In this document: positions 42,961 through 55,228 of the stretch, piece after piece | How the letters are laid out: every line of letters begins with the position of its first letter | Position numbering within the stretch: the stretch's first letter is position 1 | Source: Paraspadella gotoi | Taxonomy: Eukaryota; Animalia; Chaetognatha | Direction: 5' to 3' | Assembly: GCA_051294375.1 (NCBI GenBank) | Contig: CM119271.1 | Location: 14,266,770-14,330,769 of the forward strand | DNA length: 64,000 bases | Program-made: the position numbers and the translations under genes | The notes under the pieces: generated by a model | What the model saw: the letters and a program-made list of their open reading frames with translations, nothing else | What the model was told of the DNA's origin: nothing | Databases searched by the model: none

Positions 42961-44256
42961 TTATAAGACCAACCCCTGTTCGTCGGCGCCGCAGGAGCCC
43001 TCACTTTCCGGCACCGTCACGACAACGTTGTTGGCGACGCGCGCCAGCAACGCCGCCGCCGCGTCGACGCCGATCGACGGCTCGAGGATTTCTTCCCAAC
43101 GTCGCGTGATAAAACGTTCCGCTTCCTTCATCCGATCAACGTCCATGCCGCCGCCACTCAACGCCCCTTCCGCAACGAGGATAAAATAAGTGTCTTTGAA
43201 AGGGGCGTTCTCGTGGTCGGCGAAGGAGTGCAACAACAGCGCCGTTTGAGGCTGAAGGAGATCGACGCCGAAAAGGACGACGGTTTTCCCACCGGCGTCG
43301 AGATGAGAACGAAGTTCGTCCTCGAGGCGATTCTTGGCCGCGAGGGGACTCATCGACTTTAACTGATTTCCCTCGACGAGCAGCGGCGTCGCGACTGAAT
43401 CGTTGGTCAGACTCGGCAGCAGTCGCGCCGTCGCGGTGGCCAGGCAGCGCGCCGTCGCCGCGTGCCCGGCCAGGACGACCACGGCCGGCTCCTCGCTATT
43501 GACGCCGTCGCGAAAAACGCGCCGTATCGGGGCCTCGAAGTTGCTCCAAACGCGCGCCGGTTGCGAGGGAAACCGTCGTCGCGTCGCCTCTTTGAAGCGA
43601 AGGTAAGCCTGGTGAGCTGGGGACGAAGCAAGTAGGGGTTTTTCACGCGAAGTGAATACGTAAAATAAGACACAGATGGCAACGATCACGACCAAAACAA
43701 AGATCACGAAGAAGTTGGGCGAGTCGGCGTCCTTCGGTCTCGCTTTCGCAGAAGGAATGTCCTCCTGAGACGAGCAACCTTTTGGCGAAGAGGCAACCTC
43801 GTCGGAAGGCGACATGTTGGAACGATAGCGGACGGTCTTGGAATCGGAATGACTAAAGGAGAACGATTTGACATTTTTCGGGATAGACGCGAAGTTGTCG
43901 AGGCCTAGGTTTTTCAAGTCGGGATATAATCCTTGCGCCGAGAGAGGAGAGCGTTGAGGAGATGGACGATCGCTTATGTTGGGGAGATCAAGGTCGTTGT
44001 CGTCGTCGTCATCGTAGTCGCTTCCATCGACGATCAAATCGTCTTTGTCCTCATCCAAATCGTCTCCGGCCCGGCGCCGATAAAGCTGCGAAGTTTGAGA
44101 GGAGGCGCCGCCACTTTGAACGGAAGGCTCGATCCGTTCGCCGATCCGTTCGCCGATCCCTTCTGTCTCCGCTGCAGTCTTTTGCTCAAATTTGCTTCTG
44201 ATCGGCGGACGGCGCTTCGTAGCCATGGCGTCGAACGGACGCGATCTGCTGCACAT
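42961..44256 (-). CDS. Torsin-1A-interacting protein (LAP1/LULL1)-like membrane protein
   Basis: Single ORF: disordered N-terminus, one transmembrane helix, then an AAA-like domain with FPSQ..RVW, PAVVVL, LLHSFADHENAPFK and the terminal LLARVA arginine-finger motif. Alternative ATG at 44226. Confidence 0.8.
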   Translation of the reverse strand: MCSRSRPFDAMATKRRPPIRSKFEQKTAAETEGIGERIGERIEPSVQSGGASSQTSQLYRRRAGDDLDEDKDDLIVDGSDYDDDDDNDLDLPNISDRPSPQRSPLSAQGLYPDLKNLGLDNFASIPKNVKSFSFSHSDSKTVRYRSNMSPSDEVASSPKGCSSQEDIPSAKARPKDADSPNFFVIFVLVVIVAICVLFYVFTSREKPLLASSPAHQAYLRFKEATRRRFPSQPARVWSNFEAPIRRVFRDGVNSEEPAVVVLAGHAATARCLATATARLLPSLTNDSVATPLLVEGNQLKSMSPLAAKNRLEDELRSHLDAGGKTVVLFGVDLLQPQTALLLHSFADHENAPFKDTYFILVAEGALSGGGMDVDRMKEAERFITRRWEEILEPSIGVDAAAALLARVANNVVVTVPESEGSCGADEQGLVL

Positions 44257-44794
44257 TGAAAGCGGAGATCAAAGATTTAAATCGCCACGCCCACCAGAGT
44301 TTCACCGATAATAACTTCTCTCGGGTCAGTAAAGTTCTTCGTCAGAGTCTCATCCCGTAAGCCTCTTATTCCTTTCAAAAGTTTGGCTTCGACATTGTGT
44401 CGTCCTAAAAAATACGTAACAAACAAACCAGTGTAAAATTTTTTTATAGATAATATATATAAAAACAAGGCACCAGAGATACTTCAACCGTAAAACTAAA
44501 AAAAAAATACGGTGCTCGTTGACTGGAACGGACATACTAGTCCTACTTGCAAAAGGTAAATAATCCAAGGCCGCGAAAACAAACAATAAAACCTTGTAAC
44601 GAAACTACATCACGATATCCCAACCTCAAATAAAAACAAAACCAGGAAAACTGGAAACTGCAAAATAAAAAATCCAAGAAAATACAAATACAACCAAAAT
44701 GAATCGAGTGAAATATAACCATATTAACTTAGATTTGAGTTGCCCCAAGCAAAGATTTTTTTTTGTCTCGACCGAAATTTTAAAAACGAAAAGA

Positions 44795-46466
44795 CTAGAA
44801 GAAATCCTCGAAAAAGATTTTATTGCAATCGGAGGAAGACGATGATGAAGAGGACGACGACGAAGAGGACGACAACGAAGACGACGAAATGAACGAATAG
44901 TCGTCGGCGTCGAAAAAGTTGATTGAATCCCAGTCGACGGTCGACAATCGAGCCACGACCTCCTCCTCCTCTTCCTTCTCCTCTTCCTCCTCATTCCTTC
45001 TCAGCTGCACTTCAGCGTTGGTGACGTCGTAGAGAAAAGACCATCGCGTCGATTGCGTCTTCAGCGGCCGCAGGCGATGCGCGATCGTCCTCGCGTTTGT
45101 CGGCAGCGGAGGCGGCTGCGGCGGCTCGTGCGTCGTGACGATCCGCAGCGCGTCGAATGTCAGACGCTGACGAGATAAGCCGTCTTCGTTGTTGTTATCC
45201 CCTGCGCCGACGTCATCGTAGTTGACGTCGGGAAGAAATGCAACGTGCCTTTGTTCGAGCCTGACTCGGCGACGTTTGGTGGCGTGGCGCCACGGCGTCA
45301 AATCCACGACGCGATCGGGCGACGATGAAGACGACGAATAGGAAAAGACCAAAAGGGTCGCTTCGTCGTCTTCTTCTCCTCCTCCTCCTCCTCCTGCTGC
45401 GTATCCCGCTCCGTAACCACCTCCTCCCCCTGCGCATCCTCCAACGCCTCCGCGAAGAACGAAGAGCTTCCCGCCGTCGCGTCCGCACCACCAGAACCCT
45501 GTGGCGCCCTCCACCGTCCAGAGAGAATCGAATCGACTTCCGTCGACGCCGAGATCGAAGGCGACGACTCGACGAATGGTTTGAACGACGAGGATGGCGT
45601 CGCCGCAAAGGCGCGACCGGACGAGTCCCTCGATATTGTGGAATGTGGATGGAAGCGGCGGTTTTAGTGTCTTACCTGAAAGGTAAAAAGAAAGTTGGGA
45701 AAGGGGAATGAGATAAAACGAGAAATTTCGCGGAATAAGCAGAGGTAAAAAGTTGAATCTGACCTAGGACGGACCAGCGAACGACCGAGAGCATCCCAGG
45801 ACGCAATCTCGTGACGAGGAAATTGGGACGAATCCCGACCAACGTCGCCGACGAGTGACATGGGAGGCGAGTCAGATCTTCGTCTTCGTTATCTGAAAGG
45901 GAATCAGGTCGTAAACAATTGTATTACGTATGTAAAACAAGAAATTATATTTCTAAAAGTTTACCCAAACTATCGAGTCGGGCGATGACGAGGCGGCCTC
46001 TCGACGACGCCGCCTCCGCCTCCATGTTATCGTCGAGTGTCTTAAAGGCGACGAGGCGATGGACAAAGTCGACGGTGAGGCTCTCGCAGCGGGCGGAGCC
46101 GAGCGGGCGAAGAAAAGCCGCGCGTGGACGGTGGAGGCGGAGCCGTTTTGGCAAAGCAGTCAGGCGGAGCTGGAGGCGAACGGCGGCGGAGCGGAAGACG
46201 CAAGGAGGCGGGAGCGACAAGGAGTCGTCGGAGTTTGAGTCGGTGCCGTCGTCGTCGTCGTCATCGGCTATCAGAAGTTTTTCCAACTCCTGCTCCAACC
46301 TGTATCCCTCTTTCTCCACCAGGCGGCGCAATCGACTCTGCCATAAAAGGCTCGAGTGTTCAAGGAGGCGGCGCCATTTGCGGCAGACCTCCCCGCTCGA
46401 GACGAGGTCGTCCACGCCGAGGAAGGAGAAGATCTTGGCGAGGAGTTCCGCGGGGCATGAGTCCAT
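44795..46466 (-). CDS. F-box protein with an unassigned C-terminal region
   Basis: F-box consensus MDSCPAELLAKIFSFLGVDDL..VCRKWRRL; three exons join in frame (46466-45965, 45892-45764, 45675-44795). Confidence 0.8.
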
Positions 46467-46562
46467 TTGGAGGAGGAGGAGCAGGAAATGGGCGTGGCTG
46501 AGGTAGAGAAAGGCTCAAAAAGAAAAAAATATTGGGAGATAATTCTAGCAAATAAATTAAGT

Positions 46563-46572
46563 NNNNNNNNNN
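46563..46572. other. Assembly gap with near-duplicated flanks
   Basis: Ten Ns; AAATATTGGGAGATAA(T/A)TCTAGCAAATAA occurs on both sides. Confidence 0.95.
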
Positions 46573-47753
46573 AAATATTGGGAGATAAATCTAGCAAATA
46601 ATATCCAATAAATTAAGTGTAAATTATTTTAAACTTTACTTGATAAAAAGCATACTTTAATTTCAATAAAAGGAAATATATATTCATGTACATCTCCGCT
46701 CATAACAAAACAAAAACCCGACGCGAAAAGAAAGCCAATAATGTAATAAATAAAAAAACCAAAAAAAAACACAATCGTCGAAGCAAAAACAGTAAAGTAG
46801 TAAAACGAAAACGAAGGGAAAAAACTCAGCCTCGTCAGCACCCGTCAGCCAAATCCGATGATACGGAAAGAAACCACTGCCGTACTTTACTGAGTTGAGA
46901 TAGACTCAGATATATATACTTTGTGTATAAATTTTATTTTAATCAATTATTATTAACAACTTCAAATCTAATTTCTCACAAAGATGTTGTGATTAAACAT
47001 GATGGTAAAATCGCCAAATTGTCGACAAATCGTATTTGTTAAAAATCGAGGGCAATGAACAATTTTGTATTAAGTTTTTAAGGCAGTGTTACAGATATAT
47101 TGGTTTTTTTTTTTGCCCATAAACCTTTTGGTTCTTGAGAGAATGATGCTCTAGCCTTTATTCAGATAATTCTAGCTGGCTGACTAAGCAATTTCCAAGA
47201 CTGCTTATTTGTGCCAAAATATTATTGGCAAGATGGAAGATGTCTATTCACTGCCTATAATTAGCTTGTCCTATATTGAAAAACTAAAGAAAAAGGAGTG
47301 CTTATGATAAGACAATTTAAAAAATTGGTAATTTAAGCTCGATAAAATGACCAGTGAATCACAGCATCCGCTGCATAAAAGCTTTTTAAGTTAATTTTTC
47401 AAAAAAAATCAGTTCGAAAATAGGGGATATTCCTTAACAATCTTATTTTTTTCTTTTGGTGATTCAGAACTAGAAAGGTTTGTAAGCAGAAACCAAAGTT
47501 GTTATGAGCATTCAACTTTTGTAATAGTAAAAAATTAGAGCTGCTTTTGGACAAGGTTTTTTGCTCCATGAAGAATTTTTTCTAGCGATGCCGAGTTTTT
47601 TGTACTGGTTTTGATAGCATTTTGAGAATGTTTTAAAGTGTTTTTAAGCAATGTTTTGAAATTTTTAAAAACGTCAATAATTTTTCTTTCATTTGTTGTG
47701 ATAAATTTTTCTTATTGGCATATAGTTTACGTTTAATGATTTTTTCTTTCGTA

Positions 47754-49002
47754 TCATCGGATTTGGCTCACGGGGTAGGCTTTCTCGAATCGTTTGTTCT
47801 GGCGTCGGACGACGTTGCCGTAACCCATGCTCATCTTGGAGCGCATGTGAACCTTGAAGGCGAAAGCGCGGTCGTCGCTCTGCTCCACCTTGACGCCCTC
47901 TAGTCTATTGAGGTTGGGCATCGCTGAGCAGAAGCGTTGGAAGACGGCGTCGAGGTAAGCGTGAGTCTTTCCCTTGGAGGAAAGTTAGATTGAAAATTGG
48001 GATTATTAATAAAACAGCAGTTAAACTTTAACTTAAAGAGATTATCCTTGGAGGAGTCCCCATTAGCCTTTTGTTTTTAACTTTTTCTCTCTCGCGAACC
48101 AGTTCGGATATGTCAAAAAGCGCTCGAAATCTAGATACGACATTCCCAAAATTCAAATCTTTTCCGCCTCCCAAGGCCTAACTTAACTTCGCAGACCTGA
48201 TCTTTCCCCGCTCATTTCTCTTCACCTTCCTCAACAGAGCCTGAGGCGAAAAGACGAAGGACCTGGCGCCGGCTCGGCGCCCGACGTCGCAGAGGAGCGA
48301 ATCGAGGACGCGTCGAGCGACGGAGTTTTTGGAAAAGTCGGTGGATTCGTCGGCGGCGACGATGAACTCCCACTTGTGATTCCCGCGGGTGAATTTAGAC
48401 TCGATCCAGGAAAGATCGTCGTCGACGTCAGTTTCGGCGGCGGCGGTGCCGCCGCCATCGGCGAGAATGATCGGCGTCGGCAGTCGCTCCATCTTGATCG
48501 CCGATTCCTCTGGCATCAAAGCTGGGGAATCGTCCTCGATGAAAATCGGATCGTCGTCGTCGTCGTCGTCTCCGACCTTGACGAGTTTGCGAAAATTCGC
48601 TCCGTCGACGTCGGTTAAAGATGTCGGCGAGGAGCGTTTACGACCCACACATCCGGAGGACGGAAGAGACGCGGCGGAAGTTCGTGGATGTTGCGAGGAA
48701 AAGATCCGCGGCGGCGGCGGCGGCGGAGGCGGCGGTTTGACCTTCAAAGAAAATCCGGCGTGACCTTCGAGCTCCAGTTCCAAATCCTCGCCCGAATTGA
48801 CGAGGCCACCGCGATTGAAGGCGTGGCAGAGATGGCTGGAGCCGGCGAAGCGCCTCCCTTCGGGCGTCTCCACGAGGAAGAAGACGTTGGATTCGGTGAG
48901 AGAAGTCAATTTGAGCGCGGCTTCGATCAACACGTGCGTGAGTGACGATTCTAGATTCTGAAGTTGATTCATTAGTGTGTAGAGAGTTTCCGCAGACCCC
49001 AT
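47754..49002 (-). CDS. Tandem family paralogue A (MADS-like N-domain + one C-domain)
   Basis: Exons 49002-48226 and 47972-47754. N-domain LIEAALKLTSLTESNVFFLVETPEGRRFAG; C-domain DLSWI..DFSKNSVARRVLDSLL..MPNL..FKVHMRSKM. Confidence 0.8.
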
Positions 49003-50705
49003 GGTCAACTCGAGAGAGAGTTATTGAGAAAAGTACATAGAATCTGAACATAAAAAACTAAAGGGAAAGTAAAAGCTAACATTACAACGGCTTACATCTT
49101 TCATCTGTCTTTAATACATCTGTCTTTTTTTAATACATTTCGTAGCCCGGAGCAAAAACGCTCACGGATGTGAGTTTTGAATGCATAAGAACAAGATGCT
49201 CTTGATTTTATTCGCTTTCCAACCAAACAAGCTAAGTTGGGCAGCAGGGACAACCATTTTTTTAAAACGGTGTCAAGAACCCACTTTCGCTTCTTGGTAG
49301 TGATGTCGCTCCAACTAAATTAAATCAATATAAGTATGTTGACGATAATGCTTTAGCCTCAGCCAATAGCCATGTAAGTATAAGGTTTTAGAAAAAAAAA
49401 GCCAGAAAAAAATATAAAACGTTTCAATGTCCAGTTTTTTTTATTTTCTACGTTAAAAAGCCAAGGTAAAACTCCTATTAAAGAATAAAGAAAAATAAAA
49501 TTTGAGCCTTAACAAAAAATAAAGGGTCAAATATATTGCAACTGTTGGACAAACTCTCGTCATGATCCGTCGTTCTTATTCGCCTTTTGTAAAGCTGTTT
49601 AAAAATATAAACAATCGATGTTTGTCTACAAACAATACAGTTCATTGTTATTTCATTGCTTTGAATAATCATGATTCTATTTCATACAGATTGCATTAAT
49701 GTTAGTTGGCCATCGTCGGGGTTTATACGGTTTATTTATACGGTTTATTTATATGGTTTATTTGTATGTTTGTTTATTTGAATGGTTATTGGTTCATACA
49801 GTTCATTTGATTAGTGGCTAGGCCGAGCTTACCTGAGTGATCATTGTTGTTTCTATCATTAACCGATGCTTGCCTTTTTGCTTACCTCTAGTTCTTGATC
49901 TCTAAAGACTCATGAAATCTTACGAAATAGATACTCTCAGAAGGGTGAGCAACTGACGGAAAACCCCGCTCATTACAACAATTATCCAAAGTTATTGGAT
50001 ATCGGGATGGTCTGCTGTATCGTCTCGTTCTTCTTTGATGTCGTCGACAGGATCAACGATACACTGAAGCTTGAAACCTGATCCGTCATTGATCTCTCTC
50101 TCTCTCTCTCTCTCTCTTTGCTGCTCGTAAAAGGATCAGCTTCGTCGTTACATATTACATATTACATCTTTAGGATGTGTGGATTTCTTAAAAACATTCG
50201 GCGTTTGAACGAAAACCTTTTTCGGTCTCGGCGGTTCCACACAGACGTCAGACGATTCTCTGAATCCTCTCCAAGACTGCGAAGGCCAGGTTCCATTGAA
50301 GATCTGCAAAAACAAAAAAAATGGACTCCTAATCTGAGCCCATACTTGTTCCTCTCTCGAAGGAAAAATAAAATTAAACCTGTCTTTAGAAAAAAGTGAA
50401 GACTGATGCCTGATGAGACGATAAATGAAAATAAAGCAAAATGAACAAACGATTCACGGAAAGTTTGTCCCCCCACAAAAAATGCCAACGTTAAAATAGG
50501 AGTTTCTATTGGACATCATTTCTACTATAATTTCATTCATGATAAAACGAAAGTTATTTTACAAATAAAACTACGTATTAACTAACTTTTTGGTTTAAAA
50601 AAATATTTTACCAACTATATTTTAGCACTTGATAAAATTAATGAAAGCTTAATAAAAACTCATTTATTGTCAACTCAATGGCAAACGCAAGAAGAACGTT
50701 CAAAC

Positions 50706-51814
50706 TCATTTCTTGATTTTCATTCTAAACCCCTTGATCATTTTGGCCCGAGCATGATCGGCGAACCGAAGGGAAGTTTGGTCCATCTGCCCCACATTAA
50801 TCTTTGCTAGTCGTTTCACGTTGGGAAAGAGAAAACACCACTTGATGAAGACGGCGTCGAAGAATCGACGCCGGAGTTGGGGTGCGCCGAGGCGTTGGAA
50901 AGAAGAGGCCGCATGGCGACCCACGTCGAGGAGAAGAGAGTCCAAGATCTGGAGGGGACATTTATTCAATCCGTCAGTCAATCTACAATATCATCTCCAG
51001 TCCGTCTAACCTTGAGGGCGACGTTGTTTTGAGAAAAGTCAGTATCTTTGTCGGCTCCGGCGATGAACTCCCACATGGGATTCCCCCGCGAGAAATTCTT
51101 TTCTATCCAAGTCAAGTCGAATTCATAGGCGGCTTTTCCGGCGAGTCGGCAGTTGCGGATTCTTTCCAGCTCCGTCGTTATATTGGCGTCAGAGTCGAGC
51201 TCGTCCGAAATCGTTGGGCAGTCGACGCCGGCGCCATCGCTTAAGCTCTCGGCGTCGCCTCCCTCGTCCAGTGCCAGCTGCGGCGAAGAGGATACGCGTT
51301 TGATTTTGGAAGGCGGCGCGGCGGCGTTTTCGGCGACAGCGGCTGAGAAAGAAGAGGCGCGTTTTTGACCGGTCGGAGTAGACGGGTGGACGGAGCGATT
51401 GGCGGATGCTTGATGACGGAGCGGCACAGGAAGCGGCGGCAAGGGTTTGGCTTTCAAGGTTGTGAAATCTGGGGAACAGTCGAGAGCGAGTTCTAAGTCG
51501 TGGCCAGAATTGCTGAATTCTCCATGATTAAAAGCCTGAGGAAATTCGTCAATCGAAGGACTATAATGTTTTCACGAATGTAAGCAAATATATTAATGTA
51601 CGAAAAAAGCAGAGATTCGACTAGACCCTTACCCGACCTGACAAAGGTGAGGGGATCCGACGAACCGCCGACCCAGGGGAGTTTCGACGAGAAAGAAAAA
51701 ATTGGACTGGGTGAGGGCGGCCAACTTGAGAACGCTCTCCATCAACACGTTCGACAGCGTCGACTGGTTTATTAAACAGAAGACGGATTGCGACGAGGGC
51801 ACCGCCGAAGTCAT
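50706..51814 (-). CDS. Tandem family paralogue B
   Basis: Exons 51814-51638, 51535-51012, 50948-50706 join in frame; same two domains. Confidence 0.8.
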
Positions 51815-52094
51815 TTTGTTTTTGTTTTTGTTTTTTTTTTGGTTTTTAATCGAAAAACTTGAATGAAAAATGAGGGACCAACAATCATAAAATAAATGAG
51901 TCAATAAATAGATGGCGCGACTGAAAAGGGAAAGAGAAAGAGTGGGGAGGGAAGGGGGGAAAGAAGCGGAGATTCGATTTCCGACTTCCGAATATTAAAA
52001 TGAAGTTGACTAGCGAGATTAGATGATCGAGATCGACACGGCACGTTGCTAAGCGACCGAGAATCTTTTTACTTTTTTCTCCTTTTTTTTTTAA

Positions 52095-53570
52095 TCAAGC
52101 GGGAAAAACTTGAATGGGGCCGGCGGCTTCGGCGGCGGCTGCTTCGGCGGCCCGGGTACGTTTGTTCAGTTTGGCGACGACGTTGGCGAATCCGGTGCTG
52201 AGCTTCGATCGCGCGTGAACTTTAAAGGGAAAGGAGCGGCGCTCGCTCTGCTCCACGCGCAGTCGTTCCAAGCGGTGCAAGTTGGGCATCAACAAACACC
52301 ATCTGGTGGAGGAAAAAAAAATTTAAATACTTGAAGAAAAGAAAAATATCGTAATCGTATAATTTTAACGGACCTGTGAAACACGGCGTGAAGATAAAGC
52401 GGACGCTTGATGCCTGACCAGCGCACGGCCGCCTCTCGACCCAGATCGTACAGCAGGGAGTCCAGCACCTAAACGAGCGAAACGTCGAAAGTGAGAACAG
52501 AATTTTCATCAACCTTCCCGATTTTTTGTTGCCCACAATCCCCCTTCCTCCAGCGACGAACCTTTCGAGCTACGCAATTTTTAGAAAAGTCTGTCCGTTC
52601 GTCGGCGGCTGCGACGAATTCCCACTTGGGATTTCCCCCGGAGAAAGCGGCGTCGACCCAGGACAAGTCGTGAACGCCGTCGTCGATGGGGGAGCCTCTT
52701 CCGCCCTCGTCGTCGTCCTCGGCGACGGAAAATCCGGCGTCGGTCGCATCAACGGCAAATGGGGGGTCGACGGCGAAAGCGGCTTCGCTAATGTCCACCG
52801 GATGAGGGGCGACGCCGGGCGGCGGAGACGCCAACTCCGTCTTGACTTCGTTGTCGACGAGAGAGAAGACGTCCTCCATGAAGACGGCGGCGTCGGCGTC
52901 ACCAAGTTTGGCCACTTTGGCCGGCGTGGATGAAGAAGCCGACGTCTTGGTCTTGAAGGCGAACTTCTCGGCGCCCGCCGGGATCTTTCTCTTCCGGCCT
53001 GGCTTCCTACCGGGGAGGTGAGGGGGACGAAGCGGGCGGGGCGCGGATCGGGAGGGGGAGCCGAAGGAGAGGGGAGTGGGAGACGGTTTCGCCTTCAAAG
53101 CGGACAAGTTGGAATCGCAGTCCAAGTGGAGTTCGAGGTCGGAGCCGGTGTTGAAAAGGCCGCCGTGATTGTAGGCCTGGAGGAAAAGGTTGAAAAGGTA
53201 AAAGGTTGAAAAGGTAAAATGTTGAAATAGCTATTTTGTCATTAGAAAATCGAAATTAAACTATATATTAAACTAAGAATAAAGAACAATATCCAAATAC
53301 GTCTATAAGATTCGCACCGCTATAAATGAAGCCTAATTTTAACCAATAAGATGTCATCTCATTTAATACACCCGAGAAGTGTCCAACCTGACACAAATGA
53401 TCCTTGCCGACGAAGCGGCGGCCCTCGGAGGTTTCGACTAGTAAAAAGACGTTGGACTCGGTCAACGACGTCAACTTGAGGGCGGCCTCCATCAAGATGT
53501 TTGTCAGCGTCGTCTCCATGTTGTGGAGTTGGTTGACGAGGCCGAAAAGAGAGTTGTTGGGCGAAGACAT
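52095..53570 (-). CDS. Tandem family paralogue C
   Basis: Exons 53570-53388, 53176-52562, 52468-52374, 52302-52095 join in frame. Confidence 0.8.
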
Positions 53571-53947
53571 CGTAATGAGTTTCTGATTTTAAATTCGAAG
53601 CTAAAAAAACGAAATGAAAATAAATAATTAAGGGGAGGGGATAAAAGGAACTGGAAATAAAGAGAAAAGAAGAACAGGAATATAGGAATTTGGAATTTTT
53701 TTCCATGATGTACTCCTGCTTGAGACGTTATAATTAAAATCATGGGAGGTGAAAAAAAAACACGTTACTTTCACTTATGGAATGAATCTGGTCATCAAAA
53801 AAAACTTGAGTCGTCAAATTCGAACTTATTCTACATGAAAGTTTGTCGGATAATTGATTAGAAGATTTAAATCACGAATGAAATAAGGCTAAAATGAAAG
53901 GAAGAAACGACTTTTTATGCTCCTCTCCTCTCCTCTCTCTCTCTCTC

Positions 53948-55049
53948 TCACGAAATCGCCACGACCCCATTGACTCTCTTCTTCCGAAACGTCCCGTAGC
54001 TCTTCCTCATCGTCCACCGCACGTATCGCTTGAAGAGTCTCTGCGACTTGTCGGCGCAATCGACCTTCCACCCGCGCAGCCGCTCAAAGTTGGGAATGGC
54101 GCGACACCATCGATCGCAGGCGCCGTCGAGATACTCCTTGGTGGCGGCTTCGACGTCCGGTCGCCCGTCAAAGGGAAACCGCAATGCAGCCTCTTTGCCC
54201 AACTCATAGATGGCGGAGTCGAGCACCTTTCGCGCCATCGAGTTTCGGGAGAATTCGGCCGAGTCATCGATGGAAGTCACGAAGCGAAACTTTTCGTTGT
54301 CGACGAGGAAATCTTCGACCCAAGAGACGACGTCGCCGTAGAGTCGAGAGTCGTCCTCGACGACGCCGTCGTCGCTAAAGTCAACGACGCCGACGGAATG
54401 ATTCTCCGCCGGGAGGACGAAGCAGTCGGCGTCGACGCCGTCGATCGGCGCCGGGACAAGAGAAGTCGTCCCTTTCTCGGCGGCGTCGAGATCGTCATCG
54501 GTGTCCAAGATCAAGACGTTTCCGTCGTCGTCAAATCCGGATCCGGAATCCGGCGTCTCACGCTTGAATCTCTTGGAAACGAGAGAAGATCCGGCGGAGG
54601 CGTCGGCGGATCTTTTTCCGGAAATATTCCGCGGAGTCGACGTGGGCGTGGTCGTCGTTCCCGACTGCGACGCGTTTTCCTGGCGACACTTTTGACGAAT
54701 CGAGGAGACGAAGGGATCGCATTCCAATTCGACGTCGGCGCCGGTGTTTTGGAGCACGCCGAAGTTGTAAGCCTGAGAGCAAGAGATTTATATATATATA
54801 AATACAGATATATGGTCCCACCCCTGTATACAGCAAATATCATTCCATTTCAAAACCATACATCCTCACCTGGCAAAGATGATCGTTCCCGGCAAAGACG
54901 CGTCCGTCCGCATTTTCGATGAGAAAGAAGACGTTGAACTCGGCGAGAGAAGAGAGTTTGAGAACCGTCTCCACGAGGACCGTCACCAACGACGTCTCGA
55001 AACTCTGCAGTTGCGTCACAAGGCCCAAGAGGCTCTTCGTCGTCGCCAT
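53948..55049 (-). CDS. Tandem family paralogue D
   Basis: Exons 55049-54870 and 54772-53948. Confidence 0.8.
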
Positions 55050-55228
55050 TTTATTTTTTCAAATTTAACATCTGAGATTTAAATGAGTGGAACAAACTAT
55101 GACAATGAGATGAGAATAAAAGCAAAGAAATTATTTTAAATAAGTATAGAGATCATTGGGGTTCTGCTTGGGCTGCTTGGGCCGATTCCGAACGAGTTTC
55201 GGTTGGTTTTAACCTTAGTTTAAAAGAA

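Noticed and set aside
46526-46620. Direct repeat upstream of the F-box gene
   Set aside because: It straddles an N gap and is probably a contig-overlap artefact.
47081-47257. Short inverted repeat AGGCAGTG / CACTGCCT
   Set aside because: The 8-bp core could be chance, and there is no clear TSD.
53894-54922. 342-aa plus-strand ORF
   Set aside because: Antisense to paralogue D and not conserved in the other paralogues.
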